Assembly (NCBI RefSeq): GCF_049590335.1
Contig: NZ_JBAWCQ010000016.1
Coordinates: 1 to 52,187, forward strand
Reading direction: 5' to 3'
Length of the DNA: 52,187 nt
From: Methyloceanibacter sp.
GTDB lineage: Bacteria; Pseudomonadota; Alphaproteobacteria; Rhizobiales; Methyloligellaceae
The notes under the pieces were generated by a model. It was not told where the DNA came from. It worked only from the letters and a program-made list of their open reading frames with translations, and did not search any database. Below, in pieces: positions 34,645 through 44,713 of this stretch. The position numbers and the translations under genes were made by a program. Positions within the stretch are counted from its first letter, which is position 1, and every line of letters begins with the position of its first letter.

Positions 34645-34738
34645 GGATATCTTCATGATTTAGTCTATACCGCAATCTCCTGGAACAAGCCATATGTGGG
34701 TGGACAAGCCACAGCCAGAAGCACGGAGGTACCGCCCA

Positions 34739-35341
34739 ATGACTGCCCGCACCCTGCACGACATGGAACTCTCAGGGAACTGCTACAAAGTTCGGCTCTT
34801 TTGCGCGCTGCTCGGGCTCGATCTCGAACTCGCGCCTGTCGACCTCATGGCCGGCGCTCACAAGGAGAGCCCCTTCATCGACCTGAACCCATTCGGCCAG
34901 GTTCCGGTGCTTGAGGACGGAGACACCATCCTGCGGGACTCGCAAGCGATCCTAGTTTATCTCGCCCGCAAATATGGCGGCGAGTCTTGGCTCCCCACCG
35001 ACCCCGTCGGGATGGCGAGCGTCGTGAACTGGCTAATGGTGGCGGAAAACGAAATCGCGCGCGGTCCTGGGGATGCCCGCCTCCGTGACAAGTTCGGTTT
35101 TCCGGTTGACGCGGACAAGGCCCGCGAAAATGCAGCCGACATTCTCGGTCTGATCGAGGCGCGGCTCAAACAGAACGACTGGCTTGCCCTCGACCGCCCG
35201 ACTATCGCGGACATTGCCTGCATGCCCTATGTCGCCCTTGGCCACGAAGGCGGCGTAACACTGGACGCCTACCCCGCGATCCAGGCTTGGATCAGCCGCA
35301 TCAAGGCCCTGCCTGGCTTCATCTCAATGCCCGCGCTCTAG
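34739..35341 (+). CDS. Glutathione S-transferase
   Basis: SGNCYKVRL, NPFGQVPVL, DSQAILVYL, PTIADIA; RBS GGAGG. Confidence 0.92.
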   Translation: MTARTLHDMELSGNCYKVRLFCALLGLDLELAPVDLMAGAHKESPFIDLNPFGQVPVLEDGDTILRDSQAILVYLARKYGGESWLPTDPVGMASVVNWLMVAENEIARGPGDARLRDKFGFPVDADKARENAADILGLIEARLKQNDWLALDRPTIADIACMPYVALGHEGGVTLDAYPAIQAWISRIKALPGFISMPAL

Positions 35342-35349
35342 GCCCCATC

Positions 35350-35988
35350 ATGACGAACCCCACAACCTCCTGGATGGACATCGCCTTCACGCCCGCGGTC
35401 AAGGCGGCGCAAACCCGCCGGGGCTCGCGCGAGGGCTATGCCCGCATGAGGACCAAGGGCAAGACCCGAACTGCAATCGATGCGGGGCTTGGGGACTTCA
35501 TCGCGCACGCGCGCTCATTCTACCTGGCGACAGCCAGCAGCAAAGGCCAGCCCTATATCCAGCATCGCGGCGGGCCGCCCGGTTTCTTGCGCGTGCTCGA
35601 CGAACAAACCCTCGCCTTCGCCGACTTCTCGGGCAACCGCCAATACATCTCGACGGGCAATCTGGATGAGAACCCGAACGCGATGATCTTCGTCATGGAT
35701 TACCGGACCAAGCATCGAGTAAAGATCTGGGGCACCGCGAAAGTTGTCGAGAGTGACGAGGCGCTCATCGAGACGCTGATGCCCGACAACTACGTGGCGC
35801 GTGCCGAGGCCGCGATTATCTTCACGGTCGCTTCCTGGGACACGAACTGTCCGCAGCACATTCCCCTGATGGTATTTGCCGAGGATGTCGAAACGCTTGC
35901 CGAACGCGTCACCGCGCTCGAAGCCGAAAACGCGCGCCTGCGCGCGCGGCATTCCAACGATCCTATCGCGACGAGAGACGCGCCATAA
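35350..35988 (+). CDS. Pyridoxamine 5'-phosphate oxidase-like FMN-binding protein
   Basis: DIAFTPAVK, PYIQHRGGPPGFL, ADFSGNRQYIS.GN, WDTNCPQHI. Confidence 0.88.
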   Translation: MTNPTTSWMDIAFTPAVKAAQTRRGSREGYARMRTKGKTRTAIDAGLGDFIAHARSFYLATASSKGQPYIQHRGGPPGFLRVLDEQTLAFADFSGNRQYISTGNLDENPNAMIFVMDYRTKHRVKIWGTAKVVESDEALIETLMPDNYVARAEAAIIFTVASWDTNCPQHIPLMVFAEDVETLAERVTALEAENARLRARHSNDPIATRDAP

Positions 35989-36074
35989 CCAGCCATCGCA
36001 GCTTCGCCGAGACCCCCGGGCTTCCGCCTTGACATCTAAGTGTTCAAGGATGCGGAGATCTTCGACTTCGCCGG

Positions 36075-36446
36075 CCGTCAGGAGTGGTGCATCAAGAAAC
36101 CCTGCGGCACCTCGAAAAAAGAGGTTACCCAACGGCCAATCTGCAGAGCAAAGGCTTTGATGATTTGGCTGATTTCAAACCCGATGCGGAGATCACCGTG
36201 TGCGATCAGGCGGACAAAGAGTCTTGCCCTGTATGGCCTGGCTCTGCAGCCAAAGCTCACTGGGGACTGCCAGACCCGACACGCCTATCTTCGGCGACGA
36301 AGATGGACGAAATGTTTGGAGAGGTGATCGTCACCATCGAGCGGCGTATCAATCGGCTTCTGGCGGAACCGGATCTAGACGTCCCGGCCTCACAACTCAC
36401 CGCATTGTTGAAGCTCATTGGGGAGGACAATCATGGGATTGTTTGA
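36075..36446 (+). pseudogene. arsC: 5'-truncated LMW-PTP-type arsenate reductase
   Basis: PSGVVH..., ITVCD...ESCPVWPG...HWGLPDP present. The N-terminal CX5R catalytic loop is not found upstream. Confidence 0.75.
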
Positions 36447-37461
36447 GCGCTATCTATCTGTCTGGGTAGGCCTTTGTATCGTGGCAGGCGTTGTTCTGGG
36501 CAACGTGTTCCCTGGCGCATTTCAGGGTATCGCGAAAATTGAGTACGCTCATGTCAACTTAATTGTTGCGGTACTCATTTGGGTGATGATCTACCCAATG
36601 ATGGTGCAGATCGACTTCTCGGCCATCAAAGACGTGGGTAAGAAGCCTAAGGGGCTTTTTCTGACATTTGTAGTGAATTGGCTGATCAAGCCATTCACCA
36701 TGGCCGCGTTAGGCTGGCTCTTTTTCAAGGTCCTTTTTGTAGGCTGGGTTGATCCTCAATCTGCGACGGAATACATCGCTGGGATGATTTTGCTGGGAGT
36801 TGCGCCTTGCACGGCCATGGTATTCGTATGGAGCCAGCTAACAGACGGCGACCCGAACTACACGCTGGTGCAGGTTTCGGTCAACGACATCATTATGGTG
36901 TTCGCTTTCGCACCGCTCGCTGCCCTCCTTCTGGGCATAACCGATATTGCCGTGCCCTGGGAGACACTTCTGATATCTGTGATCTTGTATGTATTACTCC
37001 CGCTTATTGCAGGCGCACTCACTCGCCGCCGACTTGAAAGTAATGGGGACGACGGAAACGTAAAGGCATTTGTCGGCGCGCTGAAGCCATGGTCAGTAAT
37101 TGGGCTACTTGCAACCGTCGTGCTGCTATTCGGTTTTCAAGCAGAGAAGATCATCAGTGAGCCTGTCGTGATCGTGCTGATCGCTATACCGCTGCTAATT
37201 CAGACGTATGGCATTTTTGCTATTGCCTATGGCGCAGCAAAGGCAATGAAGTTGCCGCACAACATTGCGGCTCCTGCATGCCTCATCGGTACTTCGAATT
37301 TCTTTGAGCTGGCAGTCGCTGTCGCGATCTCGCTCTTCGGATTGAATTCAGGAGCGGCGCTAGCCACCGTCGTCGGTGTCCTTGTCGAGGTTCCCGTAAT
37401 GCTGTCGCTGGTTGCGATGGTCAACCGCACTAGTCATTGGTTTGAGAATGATCATCCTTAA
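36433..37461 (+). CDS. acr3: ACR3 family arsenite efflux transporter
   Basis: [51 protein letters not shown]. Confidence 0.96.
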   Translation: MGLFERYLSVWVGLCIVAGVVLGNVFPGAFQGIAKIEYAHVNLIVAVLIWVMIYPMMVQIDFSAIKDVGKKPKGLFLTFVVNWLIKPFTMAALGWLFFKVLFVGWVDPQSATEYIAGMILLGVAPCTAMVFVWSQLTDGDPNYTLVQVSVNDIIMVFAFAPLAALLLGITDIAVPWETLLISVILYVLLPLIAGALTRRRLESNGDDGNVKAFVGALKPWSVIGLLATVVLLFGFQAEKIISEPVVIVLIAIPLLIQTYGIFAIAYGAAKAMKLPHNIAAPACLIGTSNFFELAVAVAISLFGLNSGAALATVVGVLVEVPVMLSLVAMVNRTSHWFENDHP

Positions 37462-37530
37462 GGGCAAAAGCCCTGTCTGCATGTGTGTAGTTTTGTGTGT
37501 AACTCCAAGTGTGATTGCTAAGGAAATGGC

Positions 37531-37635
37531 TTAGATAAAGGCCAGCAGGCAACGCGCGATTCCCACCACCGCCATCACAAGAAAGAACGTGCCAAGCGCC
37601 TCGGCGCCGAGCCGCCGCGTGAGATCGAACCTCAT
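37531..37635 (-). pseudogene. N-terminal remnant of an MIP/aquaglyceroporin (AqpS-like arsenite channel)
   Basis: Strong RBS (GGGGAGG) then MRFDLTRRLGAEALGTFFLVMAVVG, a typical MIP helix-1 AExxGT pattern, followed by 9 unrelated codons and TAA; directly downstream of arsM. Confidence 0.65.
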
Positions 37636-37655
37636 CCTCCCCCCTGGTTACCGCG

Positions 37656-38708
37656 CTAGCAGCAGCTGGCTGATTCGTTCCCCGCGTGTGCCGCTTCCTC
37701 GAACGGTGACGGCGTCCCGCATCCCGGAAAGATCCCGTAATGCGTAGAGAAGTCACCGACGAAGTCGAAAAACGGCGAAAAGCGTGTGTTCGCAAGCATG
37801 CGCCAGACATTGCCGCATACGGGAAAGACCCCGCCCCGTTCGATGATGTGATGCCCGTCCAGAACGAAGGCGTCTGCCTGCTCGGCGATGCCGCCGCGAT
37901 AGACGACGGCCTGACCGTAGTCCTCGCAAGCCGGTTCCAAATGATCGAGTTTGAACAGGCGGTAAGTGGCGGAGAAGAACCGCGCACAGCCGAGCTTCTC
38001 GCGCATGTCCGGGTTCTTGATTTCGAGAGGCCGGCTGCTGACGAGGCGCGGATCCAGGAAGCCGGCCTCCTTCGCTATGGGCAGAAAGTCGTTCCAATAG
38101 AGCGCGCCGCCCAGACACTCGCCATAGAGCAGCGGGTCGCCGCGCAGCTCCTCCGGCAGCCGCCGGTCGCAATAGACATCGGCGAAATAGAGCTCGCCGC
38201 CTTGCTTCAAGAGATTGTAAGCGCCACGCAGAACCGCCAGCTTGTCCAGGCATAGATTAATGACGCAGTTGGACACGATGACGTCGAACGCGCCCGTGTC
38301 GAGATCGAGCGCATCGAGCTTTTCCAGATAGGCTTCCAGAAAGCGCACATTGGACTGTGCATAGCCGAATTTCTTTGTGTGCCAATCCTTGTGGACTTCG
38401 GCGGCGGCAAGCTGTTCGGCGGTCATATCGACGCCAGTCACGAAGCCCTTTTCGCCGACGAGTTGCGAAAGAATGTAGACATCGCGCCCTGCGCCCGAGC
38501 CGAGATCCAGCACGTTGCAGTTCTCAAGTGCGGTAGGAATGCAGAGCCCGCAGCCATAGTAGCGCCTGACGACCTCGTCATGAACGTTGGCGATCAGGCG
38601 GGCGAGATACCGCGGCATGTCGTCAACGTCGCAACAGGCCGAGGTCGGCAAGTCCTCGGACCCTTTCAGAACCGTGCCGTAATAGTCCTTCACCACCTCG
38701 ATATTCAT
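37656..38708 (-). CDS. arsM: Arsenite S-adenosylmethionine methyltransferase
   Basis: SACC, YYGCG, LDLGSGAGRD, SNCVINL, YGECLGGALY, C-terminal CC. Confidence 0.9.
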   Translation of the reverse strand: MNIEVVKDYYGTVLKGSEDLPTSACCDVDDMPRYLARLIANVHDEVVRRYYGCGLCIPTALENCNVLDLGSGAGRDVYILSQLVGEKGFVTGVDMTAEQLAAAEVHKDWHTKKFGYAQSNVRFLEAYLEKLDALDLDTGAFDVIVSNCVINLCLDKLAVLRGAYNLLKQGGELYFADVYCDRRLPEELRGDPLLYGECLGGALYWNDFLPIAKEAGFLDPRLVSSRPLEIKNPDMREKLGCARFFSATYRLFKLDHLEPACEDYGQAVVYRGGIAEQADAFVLDGHHIIERGGVFPVCGNVWRMLANTRFSPFFDFVGDFSTHYGIFPGCGTPSPFEEAAHAGNESASCC

Positions 38709-38803
38709 CGCTTCGCTCCGGTGTGCACCGTCAGTAGTGCCGTTACCCTATCAAGAGTCAGGCGCACCGCAGCACACGGCAAGGCACCGTCGCGTGAAGA
38801 CCG

Positions 38804-39604
38804 CTAGCGCTCGTCTTGGCTCCCTTGGCTACCAGGTCCGCGATAGCCCATGGCGAGCACATAGACTTCCGCGGAATCCTGCCGGCTGGCCTTGGGCTTC
38901 ACATGGAACACCTTGGCGAAGTTCTGGCGTAACCGCGTAAGTAGGTCCCCGCTCGCCCCGCCCTGCAGCACCTTGCCGAGATAGGCTCCGCCCGGCTTCA
39001 GCACGTCCTCGGCAATGTCTAGCGCGGCTTCAGCCAGCGCAATCACACGCAAGTGGTCAGTCTGGCGGTGGCCCGTGGACGAGGCGGCCATATCCGACAA
39101 CACCACGTCCACGGCTGCGCCGCCCAACGCATCGCGAATCATCTCGCCGGCCTCCGCATCGGTGACGTCCACTTGCATGAAGCGCGCGCCGGCAACGGGC
39201 TCTATCTCGTTCAAATCGGCGGAGACGACCCGGCCTTTACGAGCTTTCTTACCACCTGCCTTGGCGCCTTCTTTCTCGCCGGCTTTCTCGTCGCTGTGGC
39301 CCTCTCCGGTGTCCGCCTTCACCCGCGCGACCGCAACCTGGCTCCAGCCGCCCGGGGCTGCGCCAAGGTCGACTACTATGCCGCCCGGCCTCAGCAGGTG
39401 GTATTTGTCGTCGATCTCCAGAAGCTTGAAGGTGGCCCGGCTGCGATAGCCCTGGCGCTTGGCTTCCTCCACATACGGGTCGTTCAGCTGCCGCTGCAGC
39501 CAGCGAGTGGAGGCAAGCTTCCGCCCCTTCGCGGTTTTGACGCGCACTGTCAGGCCGCGCCGGCCCGCCCGGTCCCTTGGACCGCTATTCCCGCCTCTTG
39601 CCAT
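38804..39604 (-). CDS. rlmE: 23S rRNA Um2552 methyltransferase RlmE (FtsJ)
   Basis: RWLQRQLNDPYV, YRSRATFKL, DLGAAPGGW, SDMA, KPKASR..SAEVY. Confidence 0.95.
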   Translation of the reverse strand: MARGGNSGPRDRAGRRGLTVRVKTAKGRKLASTRWLQRQLNDPYVEEAKRQGYRSRATFKLLEIDDKYHLLRPGGIVVDLGAAPGGWSQVAVARVKADTGEGHSDEKAGEKEGAKAGGKKARKGRVVSADLNEIEPVAGARFMQVDVTDAEAGEMIRDALGGAAVDVVLSDMAASSTGHRQTDHLRVIALAEAALDIAEDVLKPGGAYLGKVLQGGASGDLLTRLRQNFAKVFHVKPKASRQDSAEVYVLAMGYRGPGSQGSQDER

Positions 39605-39727
39605 AACGCCCGCTTCTACCGCCGCTGCTGAAATCCGCCTGGCCCTCCAGCCCGCTTGCCGCACACTCTTGACCGACAAGGGCCATGGGGCGCATGTCGT
39701 GCGCACCTCTCTTTTAGCACCTGCCAC

Positions 39728-41155
39728 ATGCCCCGCTACTTCATTACTCTGATCGTGTCGGTCGCCCTGTTCATGGAGACCATGGACTCGACCATTATTG
39801 CCACGTCGCTGCCGGCGATCGCGGCCGATCTTGGGGAAGATCCTATTGCGCTGAAGCTGGCGCTGACATCCTACCTGCTGTCGCTCGCGGTCTTTATACC
39901 AATCAGCGGCTGGATGGCCGACCGGTTCGGCGCACGAACGGTGTTCCGCGCGGCCATCGTCGTCTTCACGCTGGGCTCGCTCGCATGCGGCTTCGCCACC
40001 TCGCTCCTGGACTTCATCCTGTTCCGCGTCGTGCAAGGCATCGGCGGGGCCATGATGGTGCCGGTCGGACGGCTGGTGATTCTGCGCTCGGTTCCGAAAG
40101 AAGAACTGATCTCGGCTCTGGCCTGGTTGACCGTGCCCGCGCTCATGGGCCCGGTCATCGGCCCGCCTCTCGGCGGTTTCATCACCACGGTGTTCGACTG
40201 GCGCTGGATCTTCTGGATCAACATCCCGGTCGGGCTACTCGGCGTTTATCTCGCCTCGCGCTTCATCGAGAATTTCCGCGAGGACAAGGTCCCGCCGCTC
40301 GACCTCAAGGGGTTTTTCCTATCCGGTATTGGCCTCGCGGGCCTCGCCTTTGGGTTCACCATTATCGGCCAGCCCTTGTTTCCGCCCTGGGTCGTGGTGA
40401 GCCTCCTCACCGTGGGAGCGATCTCTTGCACGCTCTACGTCCGCCATGCGTTCAGTATTCCTGCGCCGCTGCTCGAATTGCGCCTGCTCAAGATCGATAC
40501 GTTTTTCGCGAACATCGCCGGCGGCTTCCTGTTCCGGATCGGCGTTGGTGCGACGCCCTTCCTATTGCCGCTCTACTTCCAACTCGGGTTTGGGATGAAC
40601 CCGCTGCAGTCCGGGCTCCTGACTTTTTCGATCGCCATCGGCGCCGTGGCGATGAAGACCGCCGCTGCCCCGATCCTACGCCGGTTTGGCTACAAACCGG
40701 TCCTGGTGTGGAACGCGCTCATCACGGCTGCCTTCATCGCCGTCTGCGCCTTCTTCACGGCCGCCACCCCGCAAGCGCTGATCCTGGCCACACTTCTTGT
40801 CGGAGGTTTCTTCCGCTCCCTCGAATTCACCGCGATAAACACGATTGCCTATGCCGATATCGGTGAACACGAGATGAGCAAAGCGACGAGCTTCGCCAGC
40901 GTTTCGCAGCAGCTCTCCATGTCGGCAGGCGTAGCCGTAGGCGCGCTGGTGCTCGAGCTCCAACGCATGGGCCGCGAGAGCCACGAGGTTCTGGCCAGCG
41001 ATTTTCCGTTAGCGTTCCTGATCGTCGGCGCCTGCGCCGCAAGCTCGGCGCTGATCTTCCTGCGCCTGCCGAAAGACGCAGGCTCCAGCCTCTCCCGGAG
41101 AGCCCACGCCTTGGGCGAGCCGGGGAAACAACGCGATTTTGTGCCCGAGGACTAG
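39728..41155 (+). CDS. DHA2-family (14-TM) MFS efflux transporter
   Basis: FMETMDSTII.T.LP, GWMADRFG, RVVQGIGGAMMVP, WRWIFWINIPVG. Confidence 0.93.
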   Translation: MPRYFITLIVSVALFMETMDSTIIATSLPAIAADLGEDPIALKLALTSYLLSLAVFIPISGWMADRFGARTVFRAAIVVFTLGSLACGFATSLLDFILFRVVQGIGGAMMVPVGRLVILRSVPKEELISALAWLTVPALMGPVIGPPLGGFITTVFDWRWIFWINIPVGLLGVYLASRFIENFREDKVPPLDLKGFFLSGIGLAGLAFGFTIIGQPLFPPWVVVSLLTVGAISCTLYVRHAFSIPAPLLELRLLKIDTFFANIAGGFLFRIGVGATPFLLPLYFQLGFGMNPLQSGLLTFSIAIGAVAMKTAAAPILRRFGYKPVLVWNALITAAFIAVCAFFTAATPQALILATLLVGGFFRSLEFTAINTIAYADIGEHEMSKATSFASVSQQLSMSAGVAVGALVLELQRMGRESHEVLASDFPLAFLIVGACAASSALIFLRLPKDAGSSLSRRAHALGEPGKQRDFVPED

Positions 41156-41371
41156 GGTAGCCACTGGTTGTTAGGCCCTCGTCCCAATCCGGTCTAAGTG
41201 CAATCAAAAGCGTTCATAAGGGAGGTCGACAATGAAAAATTCCGTGAGATGCCGCCTGTTGCCGTCGTTGGGCTCTGTGTGTTGTGTCCTCTTGCGGTCG
41301 CGTTTTGGTTCGGCGCTAACTAGTCCGCACAAGCGCAAGGCCACCTATTGGGAGGCATCTTGGCGGTCAGC

Positions 41372-42778
41372 TTAGCCTTGATGTGATGGCGGCTTACCCT
41401 TGGGCGATTTGGCGTGGGAAGGCTTGCCGCCTGAGTCCTTGGCGCCGCCCCGCCCTCTCCGGCGGCGCCGACGCGAAGTTTTGCCGTCGTGCCCGTCCTC
41501 GGCCATGAGGGTGGTGAGGATCCCTTCGCGCAAGCCCCTGTCGGCCACGCGCAGGCGCTGACACGGCCAGGTCCTAAGCAACGCTTCGAGAATAGCACAC
41601 CCGGCCAGAACGAGATCCGCGCGCTCCCGTCCGATGCAGGGCTCTGCGATGCGCTCAGCATAGCTCATGGCGATGAGGTCGTTCGAGACCCGGCGCACGT
41701 CTGTGGCTCTGAGCCAACATCCATCCACCCGCGAGCGATCGTAACGGGGCAGCCCCAGGTGAATGCCGGAAATGGTCGTGACCGTGCCGGACGTGCCGAG
41801 GAAATGCGCACGGTCGGGCGCCACGCGCTCGCCGAACCGGTACTGGGATTCGAAGCCGGCCAGGGCGGTCGCCACGTCCTCGACCATGGCCTCGTAGTTC
41901 TCGATCGTGACATCGCGCCCGCCATGGCGCTCGGCCAAGTTCACGACGCCGAGCGGCAAAGACGTCCACGCCGCAATCGCGTTCTGAATGCCGGCCCGGC
42001 TCTGTATGGAACGCTTCCAGTCCGGGCCGATTTTGCGAAGATCGAGCCAGATCAATTCTGAACTCCCGCCGCCAATGTCGAACACCAGCGCCCAGTCGCA
42101 AGCGCGATCCAGCAGCGAAGCACAGCCCGAGACTGCAAGCTTGGCCTCGGTCTCGCGGCCTACGATCTCCAACACAAGGCCCGTTTCATTCTCAACACGG
42201 TCGACAAAGGACGCGCCATTGGTAGCGATCCGGCACGCCTCCGTGGCAATTAGGCGCGAGCGGGTGACGCCGCGGCGGCGCATCTTGTCCGCGCAGATAC
42301 GAAGCGCGCCAATGGTCCGCTTTTGAGCGCCTTCGGAGAGCTGGCCCGTCGCCTGGACCCCCTCGCCCAGCCGAATGATGCGAGAAAACGCGTCTACCAC
42401 CACAAAGCCGCGCTGCGACGGCTTGGCAACGAGCAGACGGCAGTTATTGGTTCCAAGGTCGAGGGCGCCGTAAACGCTCGGACTCAAGCGTGACGGCGCA
42501 TCGGTGTCGCGACCCCCTTCGTCCGCATCGCTGGCTGCCCCGGCAGGGCTCGCAGCCGGAACGCCCGCGAACGCAGGCATCCCTGTTGCGGCGGCGCACT
42601 CCGCACCGCGCTCGCCGGCATCGCTCCGCATGGCATCGGCGCATGGGCGCGCCTCGGCGTCACGCGGAACGTCAGGATTTAGCGCCAGCTCTTCGCGGCA
42701 CGGCCTCCCAGCAGCCGTGCGGGCAATTCCGCTCGGCCCAGTCACAATGTTCAACCTCTCGAGCCCTCCAGAAGGCAC
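41372..42778 (-). CDS. Second Ppx/GppA-family phosphatase (short form; start uncertain)
   Basis: ALDLGTNNCRL, ATEACR, DIGGGSSE, GTSGTVTT, ADRGLREG. Confidence 0.9.
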   Translation of the reverse strand: MPSGGLERLNIVTGPSGIARTAAGRPCREELALNPDVPRDAEARPCADAMRSDAGERGAECAAATGMPAFAGVPAASPAGAASDADEGGRDTDAPSRLSPSVYGALDLGTNNCRLLVAKPSQRGFVVVDAFSRIIRLGEGVQATGQLSEGAQKRTIGALRICADKMRRRGVTRSRLIATEACRIATNGASFVDRVENETGLVLEIVGRETEAKLAVSGCASLLDRACDWALVFDIGGGSSELIWLDLRKIGPDWKRSIQSRAGIQNAIAAWTSLPLGVVNLAERHGGRDVTIENYEAMVEDVATALAGFESQYRFGERVAPDRAHFLGTSGTVTTISGIHLGLPRYDRSRVDGCWLRATDVRRVSNDLIAMSYAERIAEPCIGRERADLVLAGCAILEALLRTWPCQRLRVADRGLREGILTTLMAEDGHDGKTSRRRRRRGRGGAKDSGGKPSHAKSPKGKPPSHQG

Positions 42779-42904
42779 TTTCTCAACGGTTTCCGGAGGC
42801 TACGGCGTTGGTCCAATGTGACTAATCTACCAATCTGCTCAGGGAGGTAAAGCCTGCTCTCGGGAAGCGAGGCCGGCCCGGCCCCGGGAAGCCCGAGACT
42901 CAGA

Positions 42905-43045
42905 CTAGTTGAAGAGCCAGGTCAGGCGCCCCTTTACGGCATTGTGGCAGACGGTGTCCGCATACTGACCGGAGTAGGACACACCCGCGGACAGCCGATC
43001 GGTAAGCGCGAACTCGAGGCCGGCATCCAGCAGCGCGCGGCTTGG
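42905..43045 (-). pseudogene. C-terminal remnant of an autotransporter beta-barrel
   Basis: ALLDAGLEFALTDRLSAGVSYSGQYAD...NAVKGRLTWLF resembles the last beta-strands of an autotransporter; the upstream part of the ORF does not. Confidence 0.55.
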
Positions 43046-43366
43046 GTTGAGGAGATGGGCCATGTAGATGCGTGCGACCGTCAAGAGTCTGGCGATCCGT
43101 TCCGACCGCAAGGCCCAGGCGGTGCCGAGTATCCAGCGCTGGACAATCGCGAAGGGCGTCTCCAGGAATAGAGCGACGCGCCGTCCCGCGCTCGGGTTCT
43201 TCGCGGGCGCCTCGCGAGGCGACCCCGACGGCCCCTGTAAACCAGCAGGCCGTTCAATCAAGCTCATGTGCTTCGTGGCCGTCCCTGGACAGTTATGCCA
43301 AAGACAACTTTGACAGGGTTATTATTCGATCCTGTTGCGCCTAAGGAACAGCGTCAATCGTGTCGG

Positions 43367-43999
43367 CTAGCCGGCATCACGCCTGGCTTGGCGCCGCCGG
43401 TCCCAAAGCCGTTCGGTGAGCGCTTCGTCGACACGCCGTCCCGCGGGAATCTCATCCACTTTCCGCCCGAACGCCTCATACTCGACGCAGGCGTCTTCCG
43501 GACCGTTGCCTTGATGCAGAGTATTGCAAAACTCACGCAGCCGGCGCCAGCCGCGGGAGTTGCCGCCGCGCTCCGGTGCCGGCACACCCGCCAAGAGTAA
43601 GTGCCGCATTACCGTCTGCGCGGCCCTCTCCTCGCCTTGGCCGTCCTTCACAAGAAGGTCGATCAAGACGGCGGATCTGGCAAGAAGGGTATTGCTTGGC
43701 ACGGCCTTCCGCCGGCGATCGCGATGGGGATCGTCGAAACCCGGCGGGCGCTCCGGTGCGCGGGCTGACACCGACGCGGCCGTGGCGGATGCCGCCGGAG
43801 ACTCGCTGATCAGCGTTTCGAGCTCGGCGAGCGGCTTCAGATCGTCGGCAGTCACGCCGTCCGCCGCGAGTTCAACCGTCACCGCCTGCAAGCATTTCAG
43901 ACCGAGGACCGATTTATCGGCAGCGGCGTCCGCATAGACCTGCCGCAACGCGCGAAGCGCCGCCGAAATTCGATTGGCGGATGGTGAAATGTGGTCCAT
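43367..43999 (-). CDS. Hypothetical protein (~210 aa)
   Basis: ATG 43999, genome-like codon usage, helical pattern, GWRRL and LWDRRR motifs; no family recognised. Confidence 0.55.
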   Translation of the reverse strand: MDHISPSANRISAALRALRQVYADAAADKSVLGLKCLQAVTVELAADGVTADDLKPLAELETLISESPAASATAASVSARAPERPPGFDDPHRDRRRKAVPSNTLLARSAVLIDLLVKDGQGEERAAQTVMRHLLLAGVPAPERGGNSRGWRRLREFCNTLHQGNGPEDACVEYEAFGRKVDEIPAGRRVDEALTERLWDRRRQARRDAG

Positions 44000-44217
44000 G
44001 CCCGGCAGGGTAGGCCCAGTTTCTGGACAATATGTTGTCGGCGCGCACGGCTCAAATCCGCGGCGGCGCGTTCCATCTGGCGAAAGGGATGACCCGCCAT
44101 TCAGAAGGTCTTGTCGTTGGCCTTGCCAACGGGCCACCTCAGCGACGAGAAAAAACGCCGAATCCATTACGCGGATCAGGGTGCGAGCCAGAAAAGAGCC
44201 TGCGCCACCAAGGCGGG

Positions 44218-44245
44218 TGGCAGATCGTCTAATGGTAGGACCGCG
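44218..44245 (+). tRNA. tRNA-Gln-like 5' fragment (acceptor 5' strand + D arm only); no intact tRNA
   Basis: TGGCAGA-TC-GTCTAATGGTAGGAC-CGCG resembles alphaproteobacterial tRNA-Gln 5' ends (D stem GTC/GAC). No anticodon arm, T arm or 3' acceptor strand follows. Confidence 0.6.
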
Positions 44246-44713
44246 TTCGACTACCAAGTACCTCTCGGAACTCAGTGGCATCCGTTTTCCAGTTTGACTA
44301 GGACAAAACTGGAACTAGCCCGGAACGCGCGGGCATATTGGAAAATCAATGTGGCCCACCGGTAAGGTATTCATATATTTGGGGATTTTAGAGCCGTGTT
44401 AACTAAGGTCGTTCCAGCGCTTTAGCAATGAAAAAACAATAATTTAACAGTCAAAAAATGCAGTTCAAACAATCCAAATCTGACTTGTTCTAACATTGCC
44501 CCTTTTTTGGGCGAATGTACCACTAAAGGTTGTTTTCGTGTTCGAAAGCGAATCGGATCATCAACCCTGCAACATAGATACCGATGCTTACATGCCCACC
44601 TAACAAGCCGCCCCAGAGAGCGAAGTGCAGCTTCAAATGGGGCCCACTTGCCCAAGAACGTCAGCAAGTAGGCGCCAAGCCGATAGGCCTTTTGGCTTAC
44701 CGCGGCCCTCTCA

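Noticed and set aside
44598..44666. Integron attC-like start (ACCTAAC...) with an imperfect hairpin
   Set aside because: No properly placed GTTRRRY end, no upstream cassette ORF and no intI; single weak instance
44658..44686. Possible degenerate unit a of element J1 (ACGTCAGCAAG-TAGGCGC-CAAGCCGATAG)
   Set aside because: Off the 46-bp register (56 bp before unit b) and poorly symmetric
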